Part shown: piece after piece, positions 48,266-57,879 of the stretch
How the letters are laid out: every line of letters starts with the position of its first letter
Numbering within the stretch: position 1 is the stretch's first letter
Assembly: GCA_965204375.1 (NCBI GenBank)
Contig: OZ241986.1
Location: 4,736,001-4,800,000 of the forward strand
DNA length: 64,000 nt
Origin: Candidatus Latescibacterota bacterium
GTDB lineage: Bacteria > Latescibacterota > UBA2968
Direction: 5' to 3'
Translations under genes and position numbers: made by a program
Notes under the pieces: model-generated
Database searches by the model: none
What the model was told of the DNA's origin: nothing
What the model saw: the letters and a program-made list of their open reading frames with translations, nothing else

Positions 48266-50621
48266 ATCGCAATGCCTCCACGGGGTTCATTTTTGCAGCT
48301 TTTATGGCTTGCAGGCTTACTGTTCCGATTACGACCAATAGGGTCAATACACCGCCCAGCGCGAATGCTCCGATGCCCAGTTCAATTCGATACGCGAAGT
48401 CCGATAGCCATTTGCTCATTGCCCAATAGGCGACGGGCCAGGCGAGTACGTTTGCAATGCCGACCAGCAGAACGAATTCGCGCGATAGCAAACGCACGAC
48501 GTTTGTGACGCTGGCGCCCAATATTTTGCGAATGCCAATTTCTTTGGTGCGCCGGGTCACGGCGAGTGCTGTCAATCCAAATGCGCCCAGACACGCGATA
48601 AAAATGGCAAATAGGGTTCCGTATCCGATCATGCGATGCCAGCGCTCTTCGGTTCGGTATTGGCGATCTATGCCTTCGTCGAGAAATGAATATCGGAAGC
48701 CAGGGGATTGTGTTACGGCTTCCCATTGCGCTTCCATAAATGTTAGTGTGCCGGGGATATCGTCGGCACGCACCCGAACCAGCAATCGGCTAAATTGATG
48801 TTCTGGATCGCATTTCAGGAGTGCGGGGCCAATTTTGTGGTGGAGAGAGCGAAAATGAAAATCGTTTACCACGCCGATTACTGTCATATCATCAAAAAAT
48901 TTCAGTGTTTTTCCGAGGGGTGGTCCCGGTCCCAGTTGTTTGGCCAGGGTTTGGTTGATGATTACAGATGCGGTGGGGTCTGTCACAAGGTCCCGTGAAT
49001 AATTTCGTCCTTCGATCAATTTGATGTCGAGCGTTGGCACAAAGTCGTAATCGACAAAGAAGACCTCCACGCCTGTTAAGGTTGTTCCTTCATGTACCAC
49101 AACCCCGCGCGACTGGTATCCATTCCGCATCATGTGATATATTGGGGTCACGCCGAGAATTGCGTGATGGGATAAGAGGGCGTCTCGATAGGTTTCAATG
49201 CCTTTTGGTCCCAGGCCTCGCAGCTTGCTGAGGCGACTGACGACAATCAAATGTTCGCTGTCAAATCCCAGGGGTTTGGTCCGCAAATAGTCGAGTTGAG
49301 AGGTCATGATGAGGGCGCTGATGACGAGGACCGCAGACAGCGCGATCTGGAAGACCACGAGAAACTGGCTGAATAATCCCGCACTGACAATTTTCAATCT
49401 GCCTTTGAGTACGTGGATTGGCATAAATCCGGATAGGACAAAGGCCGGATAGGTACCTGCGAGCAGGCCGACAATTAGAGCCAGACCTATGAGCGAGGCA
49501 AATGCCAGACCATCCAGATGTGCAACTATGGATAGTTTTTGCGCCATGAGGTTGTTGAACAATGGCATTAAAAGTTCTGATAGTGCGAGTCCGATTACAA
49601 ATGCTATGAGGCTCAAGAGCACGGATTCTGTGAGGAATTGCACGATGACCTGGGGTTTGTGTGCGCCAACGACTTTGCGGATGCCGATTTCCCGCGCCCG
49701 AGAAGCCGACCGTCCCAGGGCGAGGGTCATAAAGTTCACGCATGCGACAAAGAGTACCAGGGCTGTAATGCACAACAGGATGTAGCTGTATGCCGGGTCA
49801 GTGGCGGGTTCGGGTGCGCGGATATTTGGACTGAAATGCACATCGGTAAGGGGTTGCAATTTCATCTCCTGCTTTTCTCCCATGATGGGCCAGGACCAGT
49901 TTAGAAAACGCGGAAATAATTTTTCTATGTCTTCGGGGCGGACCTGATTGTGGAGTAAGACGTAAATGCTGGTGTCTGTTGTGTAATTCCACGAGTTGAG
50001 CGCGTCTTCGACATTCTCATAGGACTGGATGCAGCCGAATTGAATGCTGGATGTTTCGGGGGTATCTTTCACGATGCCCGTAATTAGAACCTGATGGATT
50101 TTTGAGTTTCTTGTGAAAGAGATCGTTTTCCCCATTGGGTCGGTGTTGCCGAAGATTTTTTGCGCGGCTGTTTCTGATATGACAATGGCGTCTTTGTGGT
50201 CCAGTGCTGTTGCGGGGTCGCCTTTTATCAGGGGAAATGTGAAGATATCCCAGAAACCCGGATCGACATAAATAACGCGCTCTTGAAATGAATGGTCGCC
50301 ATATTGGAATGTGCGAGAAGTGGTATTGATTCTCACGACCTGCTGCATTTGTGTGGGGAATGCTTCTGCCAATACAGGACCAAGAGGACCCGGCATATAA
50401 GCCGAGGCATCACTGCCTTCTCCCACTTCTCCTTTATTGTAAACGCGATAAATCCGATCTGCTTTTTCGTGGAATGCGTCGAAGGACCATTCGTGTCGTA
50501 CGTACAGGAAGGTCAAGATGCAAAACGCGATCCCGATTGCCAGGCCGGTGATGTTGATCGCTGAATACACTTTGTAGCGGACGAGGTTGCGGTACGCCAC
50601 GGTCAGGTAATTGCGGAACAT
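48258..50621 (-). CDS. ABC transporter permease (copy 12)
   Basis: 787 aa, conserved motifs. Confidence 0.93.
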   Translation of the reverse strand: MFRNYLTVAYRNLVRYKVYSAINITGLAIGIAFCILTFLYVRHEWSFDAFHEKADRIYRVYNKGEVGEGSDASAYMPGPLGPVLAEAFPTQMQQVVRINTTSRTFQYGDHSFQERVIYVDPGFWDIFTFPLIKGDPATALDHKDAIVISETAAQKIFGNTDPMGKTISFTRNSKIHQVLITGIVKDTPETSSIQFGCIQSYENVEDALNSWNYTTDTSIYVLLHNQVRPEDIEKLFPRFLNWSWPIMGEKQEMKLQPLTDVHFSPNIRAPEPATDPAYSYILLCITALVLFVACVNFMTLALGRSASRAREIGIRKVVGAHKPQVIVQFLTESVLLSLIAFVIGLALSELLMPLFNNLMAQKLSIVAHLDGLAFASLIGLALIVGLLAGTYPAFVLSGFMPIHVLKGRLKIVSAGLFSQFLVVFQIALSAVLVISALIMTSQLDYLRTKPLGFDSEHLIVVSRLSKLRGLGPKGIETYRDALLSHHAILGVTPIYHMMRNGYQSRGVVVHEGTTLTGVEVFFVDYDFVPTLDIKLIEGRNYSRDLVTDPTASVIINQTLAKQLGPGPPLGKTLKFFDDMTVIGVVNDFHFRSLHHKIGPALLKCDPEHQFSRLLVRVRADDIPGTLTFMEAQWEAVTQSPGFRYSFLDEGIDRQYRTEERWHRMIGYGTLFAIFIACLGAFGLTALAVTRRTKEIGIRKILGASVTNVVRLLSREFVLLVGIANVLAWPVAYWAMSKWLSDFAYRIELGIGAFALGGVLTLLVVIGTVSLQAIKAAKMNPVEALRYE

Positions 50622-50665
50622 TTTATTCTCCTTGGCTGTCCCAGGCGGTCAGGACGAAGCCTGTT

Positions 50666-52105
50666 TTAAAGGAGCGGGGAGATTATCGTGAGCATGACTC
50701 GAACAGAACGATTTGTCATCATAACCTTTCCTTGCCGATCGATCAGGACATAGTGCGGAAAGCCTCCAATGTTATACATCTTTGACACTTTGTTATTGTT
50801 GTCCATAGCGTCCAGGATCTGGGGCCATTCAATGTGAGACTTCTCTACATAATTTTTAACTTTGTCTCTTCTGATATCGGTACTGACGCCGATAATCTCG
50901 AAATTATCGCGGTCGAATTTTTCAGATAGTGCTTTCAATCTGGGGGTATCTTTGATACAAGGCCCGCACGAGGTGTGCCAGAAGTCCAACAAAACGTATT
51001 TGCCCCGGAAATTTGAAAGCTGAAGATTCTTTCCGTCTATATCCCTAACTACAAAATCCGGTGCCGCAGAGCCTCGCTTGATCTCAATCTTTGTCGGGAC
51101 GAAGACATCTGACTTCTTGAGGATAATTTCATCACCAGAGGCGGAGATGCTTTTAATTTTAAATGTGGTACCACCGATATTAAAGGGTTTGTCCGCGTCG
51201 TAATATTCCGCTGATTCGCGCTCACTCCCGAATATGCCATCGTGATCGAGATCCCATAGTATTCTGTTAAAAATTTTGGTAGAGTAGGTCGCGAAGCGTC
51301 CTTTGTTGTAGATCGCCAGATCGTATAATTGACCATCTATTTTCACTTGTCCTTTTCTATATTCAGTTACGCTTCCCCTGAATTTTGGGAAGGTTGGATC
51401 TTTCCGCTTTTTCACATATTGCGTATATCTATGAACCTCCACGCCCACCCTTTGGGTTTTGGCGATTCTACCATCGTTGTATTCAAATTCAACGGTGGCA
51501 TTTGCCTTCTGCCCATAGGGGAGTCTCCACGGTAGAATGTAGCTCAGCAGACGAAATACCGTACCGAAGTTCTCTGGATATATCGCATGTTCATCGGAGA
51601 AGTCTTCATTGTTGTTGGTATCAAAAATGAAAACAGCATTTCCATTCTGGTCCTGCCCATTCACAAAGGATACTTTGCTATCTACAGGTACACCCAAGCT
51701 ATATAGTTCCCAGAGTTCTCGTTTCGTCTCTTCTGGGCGACTATCGTCCAACAAAAACTGTAGCGCACTCAATTCGAATATCCCATAGAATTCGATGGTC
51801 ATTCCCGGTGGAAATCCTCTTAAACCTTTCTCAAGCGGTTTTCGACTTATCTGATCGTGATCATGAAAGTCAATCGATGATGACCTGAATCTCGATAATG
51901 CTTGTGAGCTTAAAGGTACACGCTCCAGGGGGATCACAACTTCATCCATATTAGCTGAGTTAAATCGCGCAACGGATGGGTCATCTGAGGAATCCTGGGT
52001 ATTCTTGGAAAGGCCGAAGAGAGTGGAATGAACAGAGAGTGAGAAGAGTATAAGCAGACCAGCAATAATGCTGTTCTTTCTGAAAGTCGGGTTAATGGAG
52101 ATCAT
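50666..52105 (-). CDS. Exported TlpA/ResA-like thioredoxin-domain protein with long N-terminal region
   Basis: Signal/TM segment; APDF...GKYVLLDFWHTSCGPC, FPHYVLIDRQG; AGGAGG RBS. Confidence 0.85.
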   Translation of the reverse strand: MISINPTFRKNSIIAGLLILFSLSVHSTLFGLSKNTQDSSDDPSVARFNSANMDEVVIPLERVPLSSQALSRFRSSSIDFHDHDQISRKPLEKGLRGFPPGMTIEFYGIFELSALQFLLDDSRPEETKRELWELYSLGVPVDSKVSFVNGQDQNGNAVFIFDTNNNEDFSDEHAIYPENFGTVFRLLSYILPWRLPYGQKANATVEFEYNDGRIAKTQRVGVEVHRYTQYVKKRKDPTFPKFRGSVTEYRKGQVKIDGQLYDLAIYNKGRFATYSTKIFNRILWDLDHDGIFGSERESAEYYDADKPFNIGGTTFKIKSISASGDEIILKKSDVFVPTKIEIKRGSAAPDFVVRDIDGKNLQLSNFRGKYVLLDFWHTSCGPCIKDTPRLKALSEKFDRDNFEIIGVSTDIRRDKVKNYVEKSHIEWPQILDAMDNNNKVSKMYNIGGFPHYVLIDRQGKVMMTNRSVRVMLTIISPLL

Positions 52106-52185
52106 GATTTCCTCCTGAAGATTTATAGGGTGGATACCTCCAACCGCACACAATTTCAGGCGACGTGTTCTTTGGTTGATTTTAT

Positions 52186-52304
52186 AGCAATAAACGTGCC
52201 AAAAGATTCAAATGTTGAAATAACAATGAGTTATGAAAATTGCTTGAAATTGACTAATTGGAAAGTGTCCGATTTTGATACAGTAGTGTCCGAAAATGAA
52301 CACT
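52186..52304 (-). promoter_or_regulatory. Sigma54 promoter + enhancer-like element (copy 4)
   Basis: TGGCACG-TTTA-TTGCT (52186-52201); identical 41-mer at 52264-52304. Confidence 0.85.
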
Positions 52305-52357
52305 TGGAGGAAGAGTGAGGTGGGAAGAGTGAGGAGGGAAGTGTGTATAAATTAAAT

Positions 52358-52510
52358 GAGGGTTGTGCATAAAAGCTGTGACATAGTCGGTAAAAGTCGC
52401 CACTTGTAGAAGCAACCAACTTCACAAGGAGGCGACCGATGGCAAAACCAAGATTCACCGACTATGTCGACCTGATACATACGCTGTTTGATCAGTTTAC
52501 ACAAGCGCAA
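52358..52510 (+). mobile_element. Possible IS left end with transposase N-terminal stub
   Basis: Strong AGGAGG RBS + MAKPRFTDYVDLIHTLFDQF that breaks into purine-rich repeats; IS identity is a guess. Confidence 0.3.
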
Positions 52511-52553
52511 ATGGGAAATGGGAAAGAGGGAATAGGAACACAGGTGCAAATCT

Positions 52554-52709
52554 TTAGCACACAAGGGAAGCAAGAAATACAGAAAAAAATAAGAATGACG
52601 TCATCCTGGCGGTACTATTAGCAGTCATTCGCCCGATGATCTCTTGAAGGATAGATAGATGTGTTTGGACAGCGGGAGAATTTCCATCGAACTTCGAGCA
52701 GTCAGCCAT
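52554..52709 (-). pseudogene. Truncated putative membrane partner of the TIR protein
   Basis: Manual translation MADCSKFDGNSPAVQTHLSILQEIIGRMTANSTARMTSFLFFSVFLASLVC*; starts 10 bp after the TIR stop; HLxxxQxxIxRMxxNS motif. Confidence 0.6.
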
Positions 52710-52719
52710 TTTTTATTCC

Positions 52720-53208
52720 TCAGCCATTTTTGCGAATGCGGATGGCATCCTCTATCCACCCGGCGATTTTGCTCTTGACGTAATGGTAAGCGTCCTTGCT
52801 ATCGCCATGTGGCGGATTGTACGATTTTACCACGTTTGATAATATCTGGCCGTTGATATTAATGTTATCAAAAGGATTTTTTCCTTTTGGGGATTGTTTC
52901 CCGTATTGATCCTTAAGCTTATGAACATAGATGCCAAGCAGTCCTTTGCCCTCATCCCATGATTTTTTTATTTCATAATGGATCCATTCACTCTCAGCAG
53001 TATGACTTCCAATCAGAACGATTGTACAGGATGCTCCGGCAAGCTGACTATCTACCCATTTCTTGATTGAGGCGGTGTCGGCATAGCTTTCCCACTGGTT
53101 ATCGCTGACGAGTTTATTGCCCTCGACGACACCAGCATTTCTAATTTGGGCAGCCCGCCAATTGTCGTGTGCATAGTGAAAACTAAAAAAGACCCGTCGT
53201 CCTTTCAT
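52720..53208 (-). CDS. TIR-like domain protein (DUF1863/MTH538, ThsB-like)
   Basis: RRVFFSFHY..DNWRAAQIRN, SCTIVLIG..TA...WIHYEIKKS...GKGLLGI; the TIR catalytic Glu position is present. Confidence 0.88.
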   Translation of the reverse strand: MKGRRVFFSFHYAHDNWRAAQIRNAGVVEGNKLVSDNQWESYADTASIKKWVDSQLAGASCTIVLIGSHTAESEWIHYEIKKSWDEGKGLLGIYVHKLKDQYGKQSPKGKNPFDNININGQILSNVVKSYNPPHGDSKDAYHYVKSKIAGWIEDAIRIRKNG

Positions 53209-53385
53209 TGCACTCTTTGCTCCTAAACATTGTTTCCCGAGTTGTTCACATTCCATTGTACCAGAGTACCAAAAAGTCAGGCCAGCATGTACGCAGCCTC
53301 TGCTATTGTGGCATACTTGGGAATCAAAAATCTAACATTTTTAAATAATATAGTCAATCCCATCATATCGCTACCTTGAGATGCT

Positions 53386-53673
53386 CTACAGCATGGTCTT
53401 ACCCAATGAAAAGACATCGAAAACATATCCCAGGATTACGAGAGATCGCAAGTTTAGACGGTCTGACTGATGTCCGATGATGGGTTGAAATACCGAGGGG
53501 GCCTGTCTGACGACCATTAACAAGCTGGCTTCGGTTTTGGATAAGGATAGAGTTTGAATGAAAATGGGGAGTAAGGGCGGTAGGAATCCGCTGTATGTGT
53601 CGTGTACCGCATGCCCTCCGGAGAGGGTGATTACGTCACGGGTTTGAAAACGGCTCTCACTATTTGTGGACAT
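53386..53673 (-). pseudogene. Truncated MFS transporter (Fsr-like)
   Basis: GHAVHDTY.GFLPPLLP...QPIIG..SDR N-terminus, only 95 aa long. Confidence 0.75.
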
Positions 53674-53864
53674 GGGGTTCTCGAAAAAAAGTGATGAATG
53701 ACGGCTGTAAGATAAAGCGCGAAGGCTACTTGAAGGAGAGATAAATGGTGTGGCTAAGTACAGCAGTGCTTCTTAGGGTTGCGGGAATAGAAATGGGGAC
53801 ATAATTTAAAAGAACCAAAGCCATTATGCACAGCGCGTAAGTCCGTCTCGCAAAGGATTATTAC

Positions 53865-55025
53865 ATGTCTGATTATCCCCCTATTCGCGCGATTACTCGG
53901 GGACCTGAGTTTCACTGGTTCGGTTATTACGACAAGTGGCAAATAGACCCGTCAGGCCGGTATGCGCTTAGTATGGAGGTGGATTTTGAACACCGGTCGC
54001 CTTCGGCGGATGATACGGTTGCGCTGGGTATCATTGATATGGAGGATGGCGATACGTGGTCTGAGTTCGGGCGCACGCGGGCCTGGTGCTGGCAACAGGG
54101 GTGTATGTTGCAGTGGATTCCCAATTCGGAGACGGATGTTATTTTTAATGATCGCGAGGGGGATGCGTTTGTCTCGCGGATATACAATGTGAAAACGGGG
54201 GCGATTCGCACGCTTCCGCACGCGATTTATACGGTTTCGCCGGATGGGAAGACCGCTATTGGGGCGGATTTTCGCCGGATTAATCACATGCGGCCCGGGT
54301 ATGGGTATGCGGGGATTCCCGATCCGAATCGCGATGTGCGTGCGCCGGATGATGTGGGTGTTTATACTGTGGATCTGGAGACGGGTGAGTCAAGGCTTGT
54401 TGTTGCGATTGCCGAGGTTGCTGCGATTCCGTATCCGCATGGCGATATTTCCGGGGCGCGGCACTATTTTAATCATTTGCTGTTTAATACGGATGGGTCG
54501 CGGTTCATTTTTTTGCACCGCTGGCGATTTGGAGAGGGCGGTTTTGATACGCGGATGATGACGGCAAATGCCGATGGGTCAAATTTGCATGTGGTTGATG
54601 ATTACGGCAAGATGTCGCATTTTATCTGGCGCGATCCAGAGACGATTCTCGGGTGGGCGTATCATCCGGCGCACGGGAATAAGTTTTATCTCTATCGGGA
54701 TCTTTCCGACGCGGAGCCAGAGGTGATTGGTGCCGGGGTGATGACGGTTAATGGTCACTGTACGTATTTGCCGGGCAATGAGTGGATTCTCAATGATACG
54801 TATCCGTCACAGGGTGATCGCAGTCAAGTTCCGTATCTGTATCATGTTGCGACTGGCAAGCGCGTCGATCTGGGCGTTTTCCCGTCGCCGGAACCCTATA
54901 CGGGCGAGTGGCGCTGTGATTTGCATCCGCGCTTTAGTCCCGATGGGCAGTTTGTGGTGATTGATTCGGCACACAGAGGCAATGGACGGCAGATGTATCG
55001 GATTGAGGTTGGGGATATTGTATAA
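53865..55025 (+). CDS. TolB-like beta-propeller protein (oligogalacturonate-lyase-like family)
   Basis: WFGYYDK, WCWQQGCMLQW, SPDG repeats, RCDLHPRFSPDG...IDSAH. Confidence 0.7.
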   Translation: MSDYPPIRAITRGPEFHWFGYYDKWQIDPSGRYALSMEVDFEHRSPSADDTVALGIIDMEDGDTWSEFGRTRAWCWQQGCMLQWIPNSETDVIFNDREGDAFVSRIYNVKTGAIRTLPHAIYTVSPDGKTAIGADFRRINHMRPGYGYAGIPDPNRDVRAPDDVGVYTVDLETGESRLVVAIAEVAAIPYPHGDISGARHYFNHLLFNTDGSRFIFLHRWRFGEGGFDTRMMTANADGSNLHVVDDYGKMSHFIWRDPETILGWAYHPAHGNKFYLYRDLSDAEPEVIGAGVMTVNGHCTYLPGNEWILNDTYPSQGDRSQVPYLYHVATGKRVDLGVFPSPEPYTGEWRCDLHPRFSPDGQFVVIDSAHRGNGRQMYRIEVGDIV

Positions 55026-55036
55026 GGAGATATGAG

Positions 55037-55780
55037 ATGGCAATAGCTGCAGTACCTGCAGTACTGACGGAAGAGGAAATGTTGCATTTTCGCACGCGGG
55101 GCTATCTGGGTCCGTATTCGCTGTGTTCGGAGAGGGAGATGGCGGATCTTCGTCCGGCGATTGAAGAGGTGCTGGAGACGGATCCACCGAATGGTAAGAA
55201 TCGCATTCACAACCGGCATCTGGATAGTCGCGCGGTTTACGATTTGTCAACGCATCCCGAGATTCTCAGTCGTATGGTGGCTCTGTACGGGACGGATTTG
55301 CTGTTGTGGCGCACGAATTTTTTTATCAAATACAAGGGTACGAAGGCGATTCCCTGGCATCAGGATTTCAATTATTGGCCGCTCGAGCCGCCGATTATTG
55401 TTTCGGCGTGGATTGCGGTGGATGCTTCGACTAAGGAGAATGGGAATTTGCAGCTTATTCCCGGGTCACATCGCAAAATTATTCCCCATGTCAAAGCCAC
55501 GCCCGATGTGCAGTTCAAAGAGATGGCCGATGCGGGGTATTACGATCCGGAGCAGCTGGTCGATCTCGAGATGCAGCCCGGTGAGTTTATTTTGTTTAAC
55601 GAGCGCACGTTGCATCATTCGAAAGCGAATTTCTCGGATTTGCGGCGCATTGGTCTGGCGGTGCGCGCGATTCCTCCGATTGTGCATGTTCTCAAGTACG
55701 ATTCCGAAGACCACGCGCTTCCGGTTATTCACGGCGAGGATACGATGGGGTTTAATCGCGTTACACAACCGCCGTTATAA
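55037..55780 (+). CDS. Phytanoyl-CoA dioxygenase (PhyH) family protein
   Basis: PWHQD, SAWIAVD...ENGNLQLIPGSH, TLHHS..N.S..RR. Confidence 0.9.
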   Translation: MAIAAVPAVLTEEEMLHFRTRGYLGPYSLCSEREMADLRPAIEEVLETDPPNGKNRIHNRHLDSRAVYDLSTHPEILSRMVALYGTDLLLWRTNFFIKYKGTKAIPWHQDFNYWPLEPPIIVSAWIAVDASTKENGNLQLIPGSHRKIIPHVKATPDVQFKEMADAGYYDPEQLVDLEMQPGEFILFNERTLHHSKANFSDLRRIGLAVRAIPPIVHVLKYDSEDHALPVIHGEDTMGFNRVTQPPL

Positions 55781-55791
55781 GGAACTATTAT

Positions 55792-56979
55792 ATGAAGATT
55801 ACCAATATTGAGACGTTTATTGTGGATGCGGGTTGGCGCCCGTGGATATTTGTCCGGGTGGATACAGATGCGGGTATTAGTGGCTGGGGAGAGTGTAGCG
55901 ATGGGCGCAGTCCCTATGGGGTTACGGGTACGGTGCGCGATTTGACGCCTTTGCTCCTCGGCAAGGATCCCCGCGCTTATGAGATGCGCTTTTGGGATAT
56001 GTTGCGGGGGACGCGGCAAAGTCCGGGGGGTATTGCGGCGAAGGCGATTGCAGGTGTTGAACTCGCGCTTATTGATATTAAGGCGCGTGCGCTCGGTATT
56101 TCTGTTGTGGAGCTTTTTGGGGGTCCAACGCGGGAGCAGGTTCGGGTTTACTGGTCGCATTGCGGGACTTCGCGTGCGCGCAATAGCGAGTTGCTCAATA
56201 CGCCACCGCTTCGCACGATGGACGATATTGCCGCGCTGGGGCGAGAGGTTGTGGCGAGGGGATATACGGCGTTGAAGACGAATATCGTGATACCGGGGGA
56301 TCCGGCCGGTGTGTATTTTGGGGGTTTTGGCGGCGAACCTGGGACGACGGATGGCGTGGTTTCGCGGCAGATTCTCCGGCATATTGAGACGCTTATTGGG
56401 ACGTTTCGAGATGCTGTGGGTCCGGATGTCGATATTAATCTGGATCTGAATTTTAATTTCAAGCCCGAGTCGTGTATGCGTATTGCCCAGGTGCTGGAAC
56501 AATTTGATTTGCTGTGGCTGGAGATCGATATGTACGAGCCTGATGCGATTCGGCAGATTAAGGATTCGACGAGTACTAAAATTTGTACGGGTGAGAATTT
56601 GTTTTATATGCGCGAGTTTATTCCTTATTTCCAGGCGCGGTCTGCGGATGTGTTTATGATCGATGTGCCGTGGAATGGGTTTGCCCAGTCGAAGAAGGTG
56701 GGGGAGTTGGCCGAGGCGTATCAACTCAATGTTGCGCCACACAATTATTATAGCCATCTTTCGACGTGTATCAGTGCGAGTCTGTGCGCGGTTTTGCCGA
56801 ATGTGCGCATTATGGAGATTGATGTTGACGATGTGCCCTGGCGCGAGGATATGGTGACGAATGTACCCCATATTGAGAATGGGTATTTGACGATTCCCTC
56901 AGGTCCGGGTTGGGGTATTGAGATGGTTGAGGATGTGCTCAAAGCGCATCCCTGGGATAAGGGAAATGCGAATTGGTGA
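55792..56979 (+). CDS. Mandelate racemase/enolase superfamily enzyme (sugar-acid dehydratase-like)
   Basis: MKITNIET, TDAGISGWGE, GYTALKT, LDLN, WLE, CTGE, APHN motifs. Confidence 0.9.
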   Translation: MKITNIETFIVDAGWRPWIFVRVDTDAGISGWGECSDGRSPYGVTGTVRDLTPLLLGKDPRAYEMRFWDMLRGTRQSPGGIAAKAIAGVELALIDIKARALGISVVELFGGPTREQVRVYWSHCGTSRARNSELLNTPPLRTMDDIAALGREVVARGYTALKTNIVIPGDPAGVYFGGFGGEPGTTDGVVSRQILRHIETLIGTFRDAVGPDVDINLDLNFNFKPESCMRIAQVLEQFDLLWLEIDMYEPDAIRQIKDSTSTKICTGENLFYMREFIPYFQARSADVFMIDVPWNGFAQSKKVGELAEAYQLNVAPHNYYSHLSTCISASLCAVLPNVRIMEIDVDDVPWREDMVTNVPHIENGYLTIPSGPGWGIEMVEDVLKAHPWDKGNANW

Positions 56980-57049
56980 GAGAAGTGTGAAGTGTGAAGG
57001 GAGAAGTGTGAAGGGAGAAGTGTGAAGGGAGAAGTGTGAAGGGAGAAGG
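56980..57049 (+). repeat. Heptamer-based tandem repeat (GAAGTGT/GAAGGGA)
   Basis: (GAAGTGTGAAGGGA)x4 directly after the stop codon. Confidence 0.9.
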
Positions 57050-57055
57050 AAAACT

Positions 57056-57087
57056 GTCATCGCGGCATGCTTAAAGCCGCGAGCCAG
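57056..57087 (+). repeat. GTCA-type REP-like palindrome
   Basis: GTCATCGCGGCATGCTTAAAGCCGCGAGCCAG; one mismatch to 60363-60394. Confidence 0.8.
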
Positions 57088-57122
57088 AAGGGTTTTTGTC
57101 GTTACTTTTATTAGAGGACAAT

Positions 57123-57860
57123 ATGAATAATCAACAACACTTGTTTGAACTCGATGTCTATGGCTTTACGGTTGTTGAAGATGTTTTGACGACTGAGGAA
57201 GCGGGCGAGATGCGCGAGGCACTTATGCGCTGTGAAAAGGAGGTTGGCACGGAGGCCAAAAATCGGGGTACTGCTCGGCATGTCGCCAATTTGCCGGTGC
57301 TGGATCGCGTTTTTCACAAGACTATTGATCATCCGCGGATTCTGCCGTTGCTGGAGCACTATCTCGAGAAGTCGCTTATTCTGGGGAGTCTCAATGCCCG
57401 GATTGTGCGTCCGGGCGATCCAGACCAGGGTTTGCATAGTGATATTCCGCTGGAGATGCTCAATTTTAGTTCGCCAGTTATGATGAATACGATCTGGATG
57501 CTGGATGATTTTTCGCCGATCAATGGCGGTACGCGCGTGGTGCCGGGGTCTCATAAAAGCGGGTTGGTTATCCCGCCAGAGGATGTGTCTGTCAAGCATA
57601 TCGCGCAGCCCGAGGGATCTGCGGGTAGTGTTATTGTTATTAATGGTCAAATATGGCATGGCGGCGGGGCGAATACGGGGACGACGAATCGCCATGCGTT
57701 GTTCGGTCATTATCGCAAACGGATGTGTATGTTTCAGGTGGATCCCCACGATGGGTTTCCGCCCGAGTGGTTTGATGGGCTCACGGATAGACAAAGGCAA
57801 TTGATGCGGATGAGCAAGGGGCTTAGATCTGCCCACGCAGCGGATGCGCATTTCAGGTAG
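57123..57860 (+). CDS. Phytanoyl-CoA dioxygenase (PhyH) family protein
   Basis: [15 protein letters not shown]...[19 protein letters not shown]....R. Confidence 0.9.
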   Translation: MNNQQHLFELDVYGFTVVEDVLTTEEAGEMREALMRCEKEVGTEAKNRGTARHVANLPVLDRVFHKTIDHPRILPLLEHYLEKSLILGSLNARIVRPGDPDQGLHSDIPLEMLNFSSPVMMNTIWMLDDFSPINGGTRVVPGSHKSGLVIPPEDVSVKHIAQPEGSAGSVIVINGQIWHGGGANTGTTNRHALFGHYRKRMCMFQVDPHDGFPPEWFDGLTDRQRQLMRMSKGLRSAHAADAHFR

Positions 57861-57879
57861 TTGGAAACAGGAGATCAAT

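Noticed and set aside
17184-52304. Identical 41-bp repeat as a CRISPR repeat or recombination site
   Set aside because: Copies are kilobases apart, there are no spacers or cas genes, and each has fixed spacing to a sigma54 box, which fits an enhancer.
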